A DNA stretch of 64,000 nt from Amoebidium appalachense. Its lineage: Eukaryota > Protista > Ichthyosporea. The stretch spans positions 5,968,259-6,032,258 of the forward strand of contig CAVNZM010000002.1 of the NCBI GenBank assembly GCA_963693365.1, read 5' to 3'. The notes beneath the pieces were generated by a model. The model saw only the letters and a list, made by a program, of their open reading frames with translations, did not search any database and had not been told where the DNA came from. Every line of letters begins with the position of its first letter. Position 1 is the stretch's first letter. This document shows, one piece after another, positions 47,745 to 61,986 of this stretch. Made by a program: the position numbers and the translations under genes.

Positions 47745-50684
47745 TCGCAGTCGAAGAACAATCACAAACACAAGTCACCACACAATCTGCTTTTCGGTCC
47801 AGACAGCAGGGTCATTCCACGTTTCAGGCATTTGGCTCAATGGACTGACCATCTGTATGGGAGCATACGCTTAGAACCTTTAATGGTGTAGGCACGCCTT
47901 TTGTGTTGATAGGCACCAGCCGTTTCACCCACAACCCCATGCCCTCTAATCATTTAGCATATTGTTGTGAACCTAACTAATACCATCCTCTCCCTATCTG
48001 CCCAACGCAGCAAGAGCAGTGTATGAGGGCTGATTGCCAATGGCCGTGCCGCCGACCGGTTCAACGTGTCTGTCACGATGGGGAAATGGGGGCGATGGTA
48101 TGTCCAGGCACCGAACAATTTTTATGCGCACACGTGCATGCATCCAGATATCGTGCAGGTGATTTGGACACACCACGGAGGACTAGTACTGTGACCAACC
48201 GCAGGCCATGACCCAGCAATAGTGCAGTGTTACAGCTAGAGCTAGATATTATGTTGTTTTTTTTTATTATTATTGTTTTTGGTTCTGTTTGATATGATAA
48301 TCTTTTTATGGGAGAATGTTTCAGACAACCATCTCACGGACGGAGTAATGATAATTAGCAGGCCATAACAAGTTGGGATCATGGTCAAAACATGAAATGG
48401 CTACCAGGCTACTGACAGAGCAGAGAATCTGATATGTGCATTCAATTTGCCAAAATATTAATTGCCGGAATAAAACGGGGAAAAAAAAGTGCACCCTGTG
48501 GCCTGCTTAGTATTTGTACCTGATAGTGCCTGCATCGTGCACACATACGGTGCTTGTGGCATGTGTATGACAATTTTGTTGTTGCCCTGTGTGCACACCG
48601 GTTTGTGCACGGCTGTGTGTACGAGTCATTTCTTATTATTATGATTTTGTACGTGCACCGCACCGTCCGCACGGTGTCGCAGCGCCAGGCCTGCAAAGTC
48701 AATCACGGCAACGCTACAATTCCGAGTCGAGTGTACATGCTCAATACAAACAAGAGTACATACACACGTGCATTGAAGCTTCTGTGTGAATACGGTCCTT
48801 GCGAGCAGAGTTTGTGTGCCGGACTGCCGGTGCACACGCCATCCTACAAGGACCCTCTCGTCGAGTGGCAGGGCATTTCATGTCAGAGGCTGGTGTTGTC
48901 TCATTTCAGCACCTTTCTTTTCCTCTGCGGCCTGGATAGATGGCCCGGCTAAGCCTCGGAGCCACCACGGCGGTTTTGGGGGGGCATTTTATTTATTGCT
49001 TTGGCTGTATTAGGGCCACTAGTTTGAAAATTGGTGGACCTATTCTAAAAAGTTATGGGGGATATTTTTCGAGGTTTCAGGGATAACTCCGTGGCCATAA
49101 ACCCCCTGATATTTTTGCCCTTGATTGTGGCGCGTACTCGGTGTTGTTCTGTTGATACATATTTCCAAGATCTCCGCGCCAATCATCCATGTTTCACCGG
49201 TATGTGAGCGAGCGAAGTAAACATCTGCGCAATTAAAATTTCAGGCCCGACCATACTATCCCGTTTTTACGGTAAAAAATACTCTAAACTTTTCTCAAAC
49301 CCAAGTCAAAAGAAAAAAAAAAAAAAACCTTCAAATTTTCAGTTTATGGTAAGCCTCCGCAAGTTTCATGCTACTTTTGAATGTCCTCAGCCTACCCTCT
49401 TTGAACCTGATTATTCCTCTCGCTATCTCACTCCCTCTTTCTTTTCTCTTCCTGTTTTTTCTGCCTTTTCGCGTTATTACCATACGCAGTATAAGTTTCC
49501 TTCTCATTCTGATAGAGAAATCAAAGGTAAAACTCAGTCGGCATGTGTTATGTTCCTTAGGCAACACCGTACTGATCACTATCGCTTTTTGGGAGCTTTG
49601 GCAGGATACATTTCTCCTGCTGTACGTATGGACCACCCTACATACATAGTAGATAAGTCTGTATGGTGCTCGGGTGTTGATATTGCCTGGGCAGTTGTCA
49701 GTGGCGTTGTGAATTTTGTTTCCATCGCCGCTGGTGCCACGTTTGTGCTGAACTTTTTAATCGCAAGCATGTTGATAGGTGTGAGTTTTTATGTCGCGTT
49801 TTACCTCTTTCCCTACGGGTGTCTGCTACACTGGCTGGCAATGTGACCACTTTAGACTTTTTGTTGAATTCTGTTGGTCGTCACATTGAGTATTCAACTT
49901 ATATGATTTTCACACAGTGTTCAGGTATCACAGTATGCACTTGTTACTGGATAACTCGTGAAGTTTTTATTGTCTTCTCAGTGTGCCGTGCATACTTGCA
50001 TATCTTTCCGTCGAATAAATCCAGTCAAAAGAAAAAAAAGTTTCATGGTAAGCTTTTTTTTCTTTTTCTTTTGACTCGGGTTTATTGATCCGTTGATGAA
50101 GGCAACGTGCAGCCACATATGTACAGGTTACATAACCACCAATAGAACTGAAAAAGCCAAAGCTACGAAATAAAAATAAAAAGACAAGTGACAAAGGACA
50201 CCAGCGCCGCTGCGGGCAAAACCTTAAGTGTGTGTATGCGTGAAACTAGTTTGCTCCAACTAGTCATATTATGCATCGATGTTGACCAGACCACACTCCG
50301 CAAGAAGACATCATTGCTGCTCCTTCCCAACAGGCCCCCCTCAAAACCTACCGAGGCACAGCAAGCAAGTCAGCCTCTAAAAGAGCAATGCAGACCAATT
50401 CAGAGCTAAAAAACAATCCCAACGGGCCCGGCCCCTAGATAACCCGGAGAAACTGCATCTAGCTCTCGGATAAGGTGGCCTAGTTGTGGCAGGACACACA
50501 GAAAAACACAATTACAGAATGCATGCAAGCAAACCCGGTCATTGCCATACGACTGGAGGCTAAGGCTGGCAGTCACTTGGAAAGCCCCCCGACGACCAAG
50601 TTGCCGCCCCTCCACTCACGCAGCGCAGAAGTAGCTGAAGAAGTTGCAGCAGCCCACCGCCAATAGGTCGCGTAGAAGCGCAGT

Positions 50685-53600
50685 TCACCGAGAGGTTTGC
50701 CCCTTATCTTGCTCGTGGTGGTGGGCAGGGTAGAGGGAGGGGGTGGAAATGGTGGTGAGAGAGGCCGAGGGGGGCAGGGGGGAAGGGGGGGCCGTGGTGC
50801 ACACGGTGGGCCCCCCCAGCATGACCGGGCTCCCGGTTATGCTTTGCGCCAAGGTTTTGAAGTCCCCCCTGGCCCCTTCTTTTGTGCATGTTACTTTTGT
50901 GGCCGGCAAGGGCACTCTGCTGCATATTGCCGTAGTTACAAGAGCTATTGAGTTCCGGGGGAGGGGGAAGCTGGGGTCACTGAGGGAGGGGGGGGGGACA
51001 GTATCGGTCCCCCCCAGGTTGCAGAGAACCTTCACCCTCCCCCACCCCAGGTTAAGCTTCCCTTTGCCCCCTCACCGCCCCGATACGTGTGGGAGCCGGG
51101 CATCGTCGTGGGTCCTCAAGACAGCGTCGAGGTGGTATGGCATGAATGTTTGTGGGGTGACTCTACCAAAGGTATGAATGGTGTGAATGTTTTGTGGTTG
51201 GGGGAGGTTCCCCAGCCACAAGTGGATGGTCTCAGTGTTTCTTGTCCCAACCCGGTGTTTGTTCTAACCACACCGGAGGGGGTTTCTGTGCCATTGTTTC
51301 CGGGAGGGGGGGGGACACACACGAGTAAAGGGGGAAGGGGGGCGAAGGCACAGACACATAGAAACACACCACCACAACAACATACGACGGTTGCAGACAC
51401 ACCTACACCCACACACACACCCACACATACACCAAGCACACACACACCACCCACCCACACATCACACACACACACTCCACCACCACCCACACCACATACA
51501 CACCCCACCCCACCCGTGCAGGCACCACAGGTAGGTATATACGTTGCACGTAGGTATCGAGGGTGTGAGTCTTCGTGGGCAGGGATTGGGTGTGAGTGAT
51601 GATATGTTGCTTGAATTGGAGGAGGATTTAGTTGGTTTTAGCCGGCATTATATAGACGTATGGTTAGCGGATGGTAAGTTGAAGGCTGTTGCTTTGCTCG
51701 ATGGAGGGGCTCAGGTTAATTGTGTGCATGCTTCGTTTATTCGTCGTTTTAATCAGGCCGGGGGGGAAATTCCTATTTTAGATGCTTCTAGCACAGCCTT
51801 AGGTAGTGCTAATAATAGTAGTATGTCTGTGGAAGGTGTTTGTGTGTTGCCGTGTGAGATAGGTGGCCAGGCTATGCATATGGCTTGTTATGTGGTTAAG
51901 GATTTAGCTCAAAGTGTTTTGTTGGGAGCCCCATTTTTCCGTAGACATGTGAATGCTTTGTTTGAACGTACGAATGTTTTAGAATTGCAGTCCGGCGTTA
52001 AAATTAAAACCCATGATGGGCTCGACGGTTATCAGTCTGGTGCTAGAACGGTAGCTGAAGTAGTAATCGAGCCTTATCAGTGCCAAACGGTACGTGTCCG
52101 GGCCGGCAATCATGTTAGGATAGGGGATTTAGGGGTTTTTACTCCGAAAACCCCATTTCAGGAGGTGGCCCAATGGACCCTTAGTAGGGTATGGCCGGAT
52201 AAGACAATAGAAATAGAATTAGTGAATCCGGGCATCGAGCCTATAGTGATTAGGTCAGGTGTTTCCGTCGGTAGTTTCACTAATGAGATTGGTAGTATAG
52301 AGGTCTCTCTTATTACCCAAAAGGAGGATGCCGGCTCGAAGGGTGACTCAGGAGGAGGGGGAACAACTTTATTTAACGTTAGCCACCAAAATGTCACCCG
52401 ACACGATGGGGGGGGGGACCGGGACAGCACCGGTCCCACTCCCCCGACCCCCAAGAGGAAGGAGGGTCACCCCGGGTGTGAGAATGTGCAGGCAGGGGGG
52501 GAGGGTGTTGGTCTAACCCGTGGATCTGACGGGTTAACCAACACCGTGGGGGGCAGGGTGGCCACAGACCTGGCCCCCCACATACATGCACTAACTCATC
52601 AGGAATTGCCCGGGGGCATTGGTGTGCCGGGGGGAGGGGGGGGTGCTAAGGGTGACCGCCTATATCCGGAGGTACCTCAACCTCACCCCGAGCAGCACCG
52701 ATGTAATACAGGAGGTGAAATGTTAAGTGGCACTCCGGTGAATAAGGATGCATCCACTTGTGATGGGGGTAACCCGGAGTTAGTATTGCCGTTTGGTATG
52801 AAGGAGGGGGATTGGACGGTAGAACAGAAAAAATTGCTAGCTAAGTTATTTGATAGGACTCGGTTTGCATTTCTGGCCGATGATAACGAAGTAGGCTTCG
52901 TTAAAGGGTTTGAAATGCAGATCGACACAGGTGATAATAGGCCGGTAGTGATGCCTAGCTATAGAATGGAGCAGTATAAATTGTCGGATGCGCTAATAAT
53001 AGTGAGTGATATGTTAAAAAAGGGTCATGTGGAGCATAGTTCGAGTCCGTGGAGAAGTCCGGTGCTATTGGTTAAGAAGCCCGACGGGTCTTGGCGTCTA
53101 GTGAACGATTACAGGGCTCTGAATCGGATCACTAAGGCAGACCAATGGCCTCTCCCTAACATAGACGAGCAGCTTTCACAGCTGCACGGCTATACTCACT
53201 TTGCTAAACTTGATTTAAAAGCAGCTTTTTGGCAGATAAGGTTGGAGGAGAGCAGCAAGGAGAAGACTGCCTTTGCACTGGGTGACCAGCTGTTCCAGTA
53301 CAAGGTGGTGCCGATGGGTTTGCTCTCCTCTCCAGCTATGTTGTGCCGGGTAATGTATAAAATTCTCCACCCTCATTTGGATGTATGCCACCCTTATTTG
53401 GATGATGTTTTAATTAAAGGTAGGTCATTTGAGGAGCTAGTTAATAATTGTGAAAAAGTATTTTTAGCTTTGGGTGAGTCTGGTCTTCGCATTAGCGGTA
53501 GCAAGACTGTGATTGGTGTGCCGGAGGCTAAGTTTTTAGGTCATATTGTGTCTAGTAATGGTCTTTCCCCTGATCCGGAGAAAATCCGGGCCATAGTTGA

Positions 53601-54913
53601 GTGGCCCCGTCCTCAGACTGTCACTCAGTTAAGGCAATTTTTAGGTTTAACTAATTATCTTCGTCGGTATATTAAGGATTATAGTATGCTTGCTTTGCCG
53701 TTAACTAGTCAGACGGGGGGGGGAGAAAAAGAATAGAATAGATTGGAATGTTGATGCTGTTTCTGCTTTCGAAAAGCTTAAGTTAGCTTTGCAGTCTTCG
53801 AGTATGCTTGTTCATCCTGATTTTTCGGCCGGGGGGGGGGATGTTTAAAGTTCGGTGTGATGCAAGTAAGGTTGCTGAGGGGGCCGTGTTATATCAAGTG
53901 CAGGAGGGGCAGGATAGGGTGATTGCTTATGCTAGTCGTTCATTTAGTAAAAGTGAACGTAGATATAGCAATCCAGAGAGAGAGTCCCATGCTATCTTTT
54001 GGGCAGTCTCACAGGCATGGAGGTATATACTCGCAGGCAGGACGTTTGAGGTCTACACCGACCACAAGCCCTGCCTAGCCATGGCCGGCACCACTCGTCT
54101 GGTCAACGAGAGGATGCAGAAGTGGGCCGCGGCTCTCGGTGAGTTCTCCTATAAATTGTTTTATGCCAAGGGTGAAACAATGGTTGACTGTGATGCTCTC
54201 TCTCGTGCTGCTTATATTTTGTTTGAAGAAGAGAAGGAGGGGGAGGGGGGGGGCTAGTGAGAGACGGGGGGGGAGGGGGGAAGGGGGGGGGAGAGTGAGC
54301 AGAAAGGAATAGATGCTGTGTCTGTTGATGTGTCTTCTTGGGTTCCGGGGTTGCTTGCTTATAAGTGTAGGGGAGGGGGGGGGAGGTATTTGTCCGTGTC
54401 TGAGGTCGGGACCGAGTCTCATGGCTCGGCCCCTGCCTTAGCACCTACGGCTTTGATCTTAGCTCAGGAGGAAGATGTGTTGATTGGTCTGGTTAAGAAT
54501 TATTTAAAGGGGCCGGTTGATTCGATTAAATTTAAAAATAAAAGGCAGATGATTAAGGTAGCTAAGTTAGCAAAAATGTGTCAGGTAGAGCAGGATTTAG
54601 TTTATCATTGTTCTGGGCCAGACGGACACCGAGTTTGGGTCCCGACGGCACTTGTGCCTGAGGTTTTGCATATGGTGCATGAGCATCCCATGGCTGGTCA
54701 TTTAGGTGTAAATAGGACGTTGCTTCGTGTTAATCGTTCGTATTTTTGGCCGGGTATGAGTAGGGAGGTGAGGGATTATGTGTTGTCATGCATGCATTGT
54801 CAGGAAAGGAACGAGAGTCCCCACTCTCGTTCCCGCCCGTCGTTTATTAGGGATTTTAATGTTCGTATGTTTGAAAGGGTAGCAGTGGATGTGGTCGGTC
54901 CTTTTAATTCTAC
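50685..54913 (+). mobile_element. LTR-less, doubly truncated Ty3/Gypsy retrotransposon fragment (gag C-terminus, protease, dUTPase-like linker, RT, RNase H, integrase N-terminus)
   Basis: RGG-rich gag end with CYFCGRQGHSAAYC knuckle; LLDGGA protease; SPWRSPVLLVKKPDGSWRLVNDYRALN, LDLKAAFWQ, PMGL, YLDD; CDAS..VIAYASR, YTDHKP; integrase HEHPMAGHLG...CMHCQ ending at VDVVGPF. Order PR-RT-RH-IN; frameshifts at G-runs. Confidence 0.95.
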
Positions 54914-55141
54914 GGTTGAGGCAGTTGCAGCAGCCCACCGCCAATAGATCGCGTAGAAACGTAGCAGCGTGTAGAAGTTACCATAGGTTGCAGTGGACCA
55001 CCAGGCGTTGAAGAAACCACTTCTCAAGCGAGAAACTCCGCGAAAGGGAGATGCCCCCACACTCTCACAGCAGTAGGAATACACCAGGCCACACCACACA
55101 CACGCTGCAGTCACGTTCCCCTGAGTGGGACTCCCTCGCAT

Positions 55142-55352
55142 CACAAAAAGAAGAAACGAAAGCCTTTATATACCTGCCATGGTGAAGAATCGGGATAAAA
55201 AGGTTGACGTGACAGCTAAGAGATCGAAGTGAAAGTGAAGTCCCACAAAAAGAAGAAACGAAAGCCTTTATCATGATACCTGCCTTGGTGAACTTCAATC
55301 GGGAAAAAAAAGTTGCCGTGACAGCTAAGAGATCGAAGTGAAAATGAAGTCC
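55142..55352. repeat. ~105-bp tandem duplication
   Basis: cacaaaaagaagaaacgaaagccttta...gtgacagctaagagatcgaagtgaaa.tgaagtcc twice. Confidence 0.9.
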
Positions 55353-55571
55353 TATAATGGGAACCCCCCTTCATCCCCCTTTGACTGGGGATGAAAAATA
55401 CCATACATCCCAGGCAAAAATACTTCGGGGCTTGAAAAAATACCAAGAAAAACATCCGAATTTTCGGGCTTGCTGCGCATATTAATTTGCAAATATTGGA
55501 AGCAATATGTGAGATTAGAAGTTTTAGAACATTAATATATATATATATAAACATGTAAATGAAAAGTAATA

Positions 55572-55829
55572 CTAACAGACAATGGGAGAAATTGTAAAGT
55601 TTACATTTTTGGTTGTGACGTCACAACAGGGGTGTTTTACTGGCATATGAATATTGATAAAGCAAGATTTTTCATGAAATTTCCCGAACAGGGGCTGCAG
55701 GTGCGTGTAGAAGGTTAAAAAAGACAGGACTCTCAGAGTCCAGGCGGACTCTCATAGTCCGCTGGGAGGACCATACTATACGAACCGACCCAAAATGTAA
55801 ACTTTACATTTTCTCCCATTATCTGTTAG
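55572..55829. mobile_element. MITE with ~40-bp terminal inverted repeats and TA flanks (Tc1/mariner-type, inferred)
   Basis: TA|ctaacagacaatgggagaaattgtaaagtttacattttt ... aaaatgtaaactttacattttctcccattatctgttag|TA. Confidence 0.85.
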
Positions 55830-56148
55830 TATCATTCTTTTCTTTTCAAAGGGGATCTGAAGAACTTTTTGGGCTTACTTACTATGTCTGAATTGATTGG
55901 ACAATTCCATTTATTTAACTTATTCTTCGGCCGTCTTATTGGGCCACAATGGTTATGTGGCCAATCAGCGGCCTGGCAGAGGAGGCTTATGAGTATATAA
56001 GCCGACCTTAGATCGGTCGTCTATTAGCATATTCCCCGTCGCCTCCTCCCTCATCGCCCACCCTCCCGCCCGCATCGGAGGCAACTTTGGTGACTCAGAG
56101 GCTCGTTCACGCTTTGTTTAGGGTAGGTCACCCTTTTAGAACTTCACC

Positions 56149-56889
56149 ATGAACGTTATTTTCGAGCAATATTCCGCCGAAGCGCGCACCCCCGTCACTG
56201 AGGATTCGGACACCCGCGAGTCACGCCCGCAGCGCCTTCCGCAGACCTGGGGGATGCCGGACTGCCTGTTGCTCAAGTTCCCTAGACATGCCTTTGCCGA
56301 GCGGCACCCAACTCTGGCACCCACCTTACCATGGGTGACGGAGTACCCTATGCCCAACGGTCCCCGACGCATCCCAGCCGCCTACTCAGTCTGCCCAGGA
56401 TCCCTTCCGAGGCCAACAAGTGACACGTGCTCGAGGAGAACGGGGTTACCATCGGGGCACTCTGTAGCCTCATCGATGCAATGCACAACGACTGCACGTT
56501 CCAGCGTCGGCAGTTCCCCGGCGAAAACGGCGCCCCAGTGCCTGAACCCGCGGAGCAGTTCTACCAACGACGCATTGCAGAGCTCAAGGGTGCAATCGCC
56601 GATGTCGCTGTGTTCCTCTCCGACCGTGTGCATTACCAGTATATCCGCGCCACAGAGGGTGCTGCCTTTCAAAGTTGCCGAGCTGGCCCGCGCCCACATG
56701 GAGCGGGAGAATTACCATGTCCTTTCTGAACGCTGGGGCCGCGCAATGGGCGACGCAAGAAAGAAACAGGCAGAGGTCAACCTCGCTACGCGCACCACCC
56801 GTGCGGGCAACCAAAATGACAACAAGACCGTGGTGAAGTCCAACACCGGCGCCAGCTGCAGCAGTGGGTCTGGCGCCGGCCGCAACTAA
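56149..56889 (+). pseudogene. Frameshifted ORF1 (gag-like by position) of the YR element
   Basis: Coding-like reading switches to the 56427-56729 frame (LEENGVTIGALCSLIDAM..FYQRRIAELKGAIADVAVFLSDRV) and back (LARAHMERENY..RKKQAEVNLA), ending in a G/S/N-rich tail. Confidence 0.5.
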
Positions 56890-56974
56890 GTTTGCGGTTT
56901 CCGGCCCCTGTCGCGTAGGCAGCGGGCCTTACAAGGGGGCGTCAAGGGTGGGTGTCCACCCCAATGTGTGCTAG

Positions 56975-58249
56975 TTGGGTATTCAACTTGTACCCGGGGC
57001 CGGCGTCTACTGGCCCCGCCCCGGTGCCAGCTCCCGCCGAGCCGGTGTCTCCCCCCGCAAGTGGTGGCGGCGTGCTCCCCCCCGCGCCTCAACCACCACC
57101 AGCTCCCGCGGGCGTTCCCATCTGCGACCCTACCTGGGAAGGGGGTCCAGCCCCCTCCCCTTGGGACCACAGCCTGAGCCTCCAAGGCCCCCCTCCCCCG
57201 TGCAGCCACCCCAGCAAGCTCCCCGGCCACCAGACCCCCCTGCCACCGTGGGGGTGTTTAGCGAGTGGCATGCGGCGGTAATTTCGTCACTGCCTGTCAA
57301 CCTGCGCCCCACTGGCCAGCAGCTGGTGGAGCAGCTCTTCAGTGCAAACACGTGGCGCGCATAGCAAGCCGACGTGACCCAGTACCTCACCTTTTGCGCC
57401 ACCCACGAGTTTGCAGCCTGGCCCCTTACCGAACACGTAGCTTTGGCTTATGCGGCTCTCCTGCTAGCGCGCCCGTACCACCCCAGCACGTTAGACTGCA
57501 AGTTTGCCGCCCTGCGCCAGGTACACCTGCTGTGGCACATTCCCTATTTGGACCCGGCCATCATTGCAACCCTCAAGAAGTCCTACGGCAGGGCCCACCA
57601 GACCACCACCGCCACCCCGCCCGACCCAAAACGGTTTGACGCACCCTGGGTCACCGGCCTGCTCATCGCACAGCTGCTGGGCCGGCAGGACCCCGACGGT
57701 GACCGCTGGCTAGCGGGGGTGCTGTTGAGATACCTGTTTGGCCTTCGGTGGAGCACCGCTGCTGCAGTACAGGTGGGGGACCTGACCTGGGGGGACCCCA
57801 CCCCCACTGGAGCCCGACGCCTCCACCTGACCTTTCGAACCATCAAGCAGGCAGCTGGCAAGCAGATTCGGCCCATTGTGCACCACCGCATGGTTCCCCC
57901 CATGTGCGCACAGCTGTTACTGCGCGCCTGCTCGCACGTCCGGCAGCCCACCAGCCCCCTCCTGCAGTGCCCCAACGCTACCAAGGCCGTCAGCTGGCTG
58001 CGCAGCGCGGTGCAGGCCCTCGGCGTGCTCCCCGCCCTGGCTACCGTCATCACCTGGCACTGCCTCCGTCACGGCATGGTCGGCGCTTCTTGTGCAATCG
58101 GCATCCCCTTTGCAGTCATCAAGCACCTGGGGGTGTGGGACCTCACCGGCCAATTTGAGGACAACTACGGGTTGGGCCACTGCCCTACCCCCGATGACCA
58201 CGAGTACTTCATCGACCTGCGCGAGTTGGACCCTGTGCGACTGTCGTAA
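56975..58249 (+). pseudogene. DIRS/Ngaro-type tyrosine recombinase with one premature stop
   Basis: Pro-rich leader, core-binding region (FSANTWRA*QADVTQYLTFC..WPL), catalytic R (FGLRWS), K (RTIKQ), HxLR (WHCLRHG), LGVW and Y (FEDNY). TAG at 57362-57364 sits at a normally Tyr position. Confidence 0.85.
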
Positions 58250-58620
58250 ACTGTGCTCGAAAATGTACTGTATATTATATAAAGTGTGGTGAATTTTGAT
58301 CGACACTAATCTAGTGGGTTTTAGTTGTCGTTGCAGAGCAAAAAATTCGTATACGTATATAGTGGACGTAGGTAGCAAGTATAAGTTATAAATGTCTGAA
58401 TTGATTGGACAATTTCATTTATTAACTTATTCTTCGGCCGTCTGATTGGGCCACAGTGGTTATGTGGCCAATCAGCGGCCTGGTAGAGGAGGCTTATGGG
58501 TATCTAAGCCGACCTTAGATCGGTCGTCTATTAGCATATTCCCCGTCGCCTCCTCCCTCATCGCCCACCCTCCCGCCCGCACATATTTTCTTTCCCCGTC
58601 GCAGCTTTCGACCTCATTTC

Positions 58621-58723
<103 letters not shown>

Positions 58724-58800
58724 CACATGTGCGCACGCGCACACCACACACACGCCTGCGCGCGCAGACGCACATAACATAGATATCTGCACACGGGCAT

Positions 58801-58852
<52 letters not shown>

Positions 58853-58854
<2 letters not shown>

Positions 58855-58960
58855 CGCACACATCAATTCAGTCGCACACATCGATTCAGTCGCACACATC
58901 GATTCTGTCGCACACATCGATTCAGTCGCACACATCAATTCAGTCGCACACATCGATTCA
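58853..58960. repeat. 18-bp minisatellite (6 copies, gtcgcacacatcgattca)
   Basis: Directly visible. Confidence 0.95.
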
Positions 58961-58979
58961 AATGTCGCTTTTTATTATC

Positions 58980-60993
<2,014 letters not shown>

Positions 60994-61657
60994 TTTTTTA
61001 TTGTCTTCTCAGTATGCCGTGCATACTTGCATATCTTTCCGTCGAATAAATCCAGTCAAAAGAAAGAAAAAAAAAACCCCCCGGGGCCCGGGGGTTATGT
61101 GTGTGTGTGTCTGGGGGTGTGTGCTCCCTCGGTAGCAGTAGCTTCTAGTGGATGCGATCCAGTGGGCCCAGTCGGATTTGTGTATTTTGGGACAAATGAA
61201 TAGATTAGGACGGTGCAACTACAAGTTTCCTATTGGCCCAGCTTGCTCTAGAATTTCGTAAGGTAATAAAACAATAAAACCCTTGGCATCGTCCTTTGAA
61301 TACATTTTTGACCACCAGCCCGGCCACAGGCAGACAGGGCACTAACTTTGGCATTGTAAGTAGGCAGAATAACTCTGGTGTCAAACTCCAACCAAGAACC
61401 CTAGTAAGGCTACCCTTCTGCAGGTGTAAATCTTCTTTCTTGCACACAATCACTCGAGCGTGGCCACTAATGTTAATACGCCTCGTAACGGTAACCAACT
61501 ATAGGTGTTTTCCAGTTCGAACACAACAGGCTACCCTCAGGATAATATTCTTACATGAAACATACTGTAAGACGTAAGCTATTTGACAGACACGTATAGC
61601 AGCGATCTGGTAGCTAGATGCGATTCTTTTAAATCCATCACGTTTGCGGCCCGAAGC

Positions 61658-61986
61658 CCTCCCTTCTACTCAAACATTTCTAATTCCGTGTTTCCTCCCT
61701 TACCGTGTATGCAGTACTTCCTGCCCCGCCCGTACGTAGCCTCAGGTTTCTGCTGCACGGGGCCATCCCATACCTCTACGTCTCCGCACCGCACCTTTTA
61801 GTGTCGTAAAGGCTAGGGATTAGCATATATCTGCGAGGGTGACCGTGGGGTAGCGCACCAGCCATGCGACCGTCAGCGAGCACACAGCAATGATGAGACG
61901 ATGCGCCCGTGGTCGCTTCTGCTCGGGCTGCTAGCCCTGTGTTGCATACACGGTAAGGGTGGAAACATGTGTGAGTAGAAGGGAGG
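61658..61986. mobile_element. MITE-like fold-back element with imperfect ~48-bp terminal inverted repeats
   Basis: cctcccttctactcaaacat[12-nt insert]gtttcctcccttaccgtgtatgca versus tgcatacacggtaagggtggaaacatgtgtgagtagaagggagg; no TSD seen. Confidence 0.65.

Larger units (their letters stand above)
55885..58581 (+). mobile_element. Tyrosine-recombinase element with ~190-bp direct terminal repeats, gag-like ORF1 and YR ORF, no RT/RNase H
   Basis: Repeats 55885-56074 and 58393-58581 (6 substitutions + 1 indel by eye; TG...CA ends); ORF1 56149-56889 frameshifted; YR to 58249. Confidence 0.88.

Noticed and set aside
49346-49846. 166-aa ORF with hydrophobic C-terminus
   Set aside because: T-rich, no recognisable motif, lies in a probable repeat segment; not supportable as a gene without a search.
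55885-58581. Classical LTR retrotransposon interpretation of the TG...CA repeats, or LTRs of the neighbouring Gypsy
   Set aside because: They enclose a tyrosine recombinase rather than RT/integrase, lack adjacent PBS, PPT and TSD, and do not flank the Gypsy ORFs.
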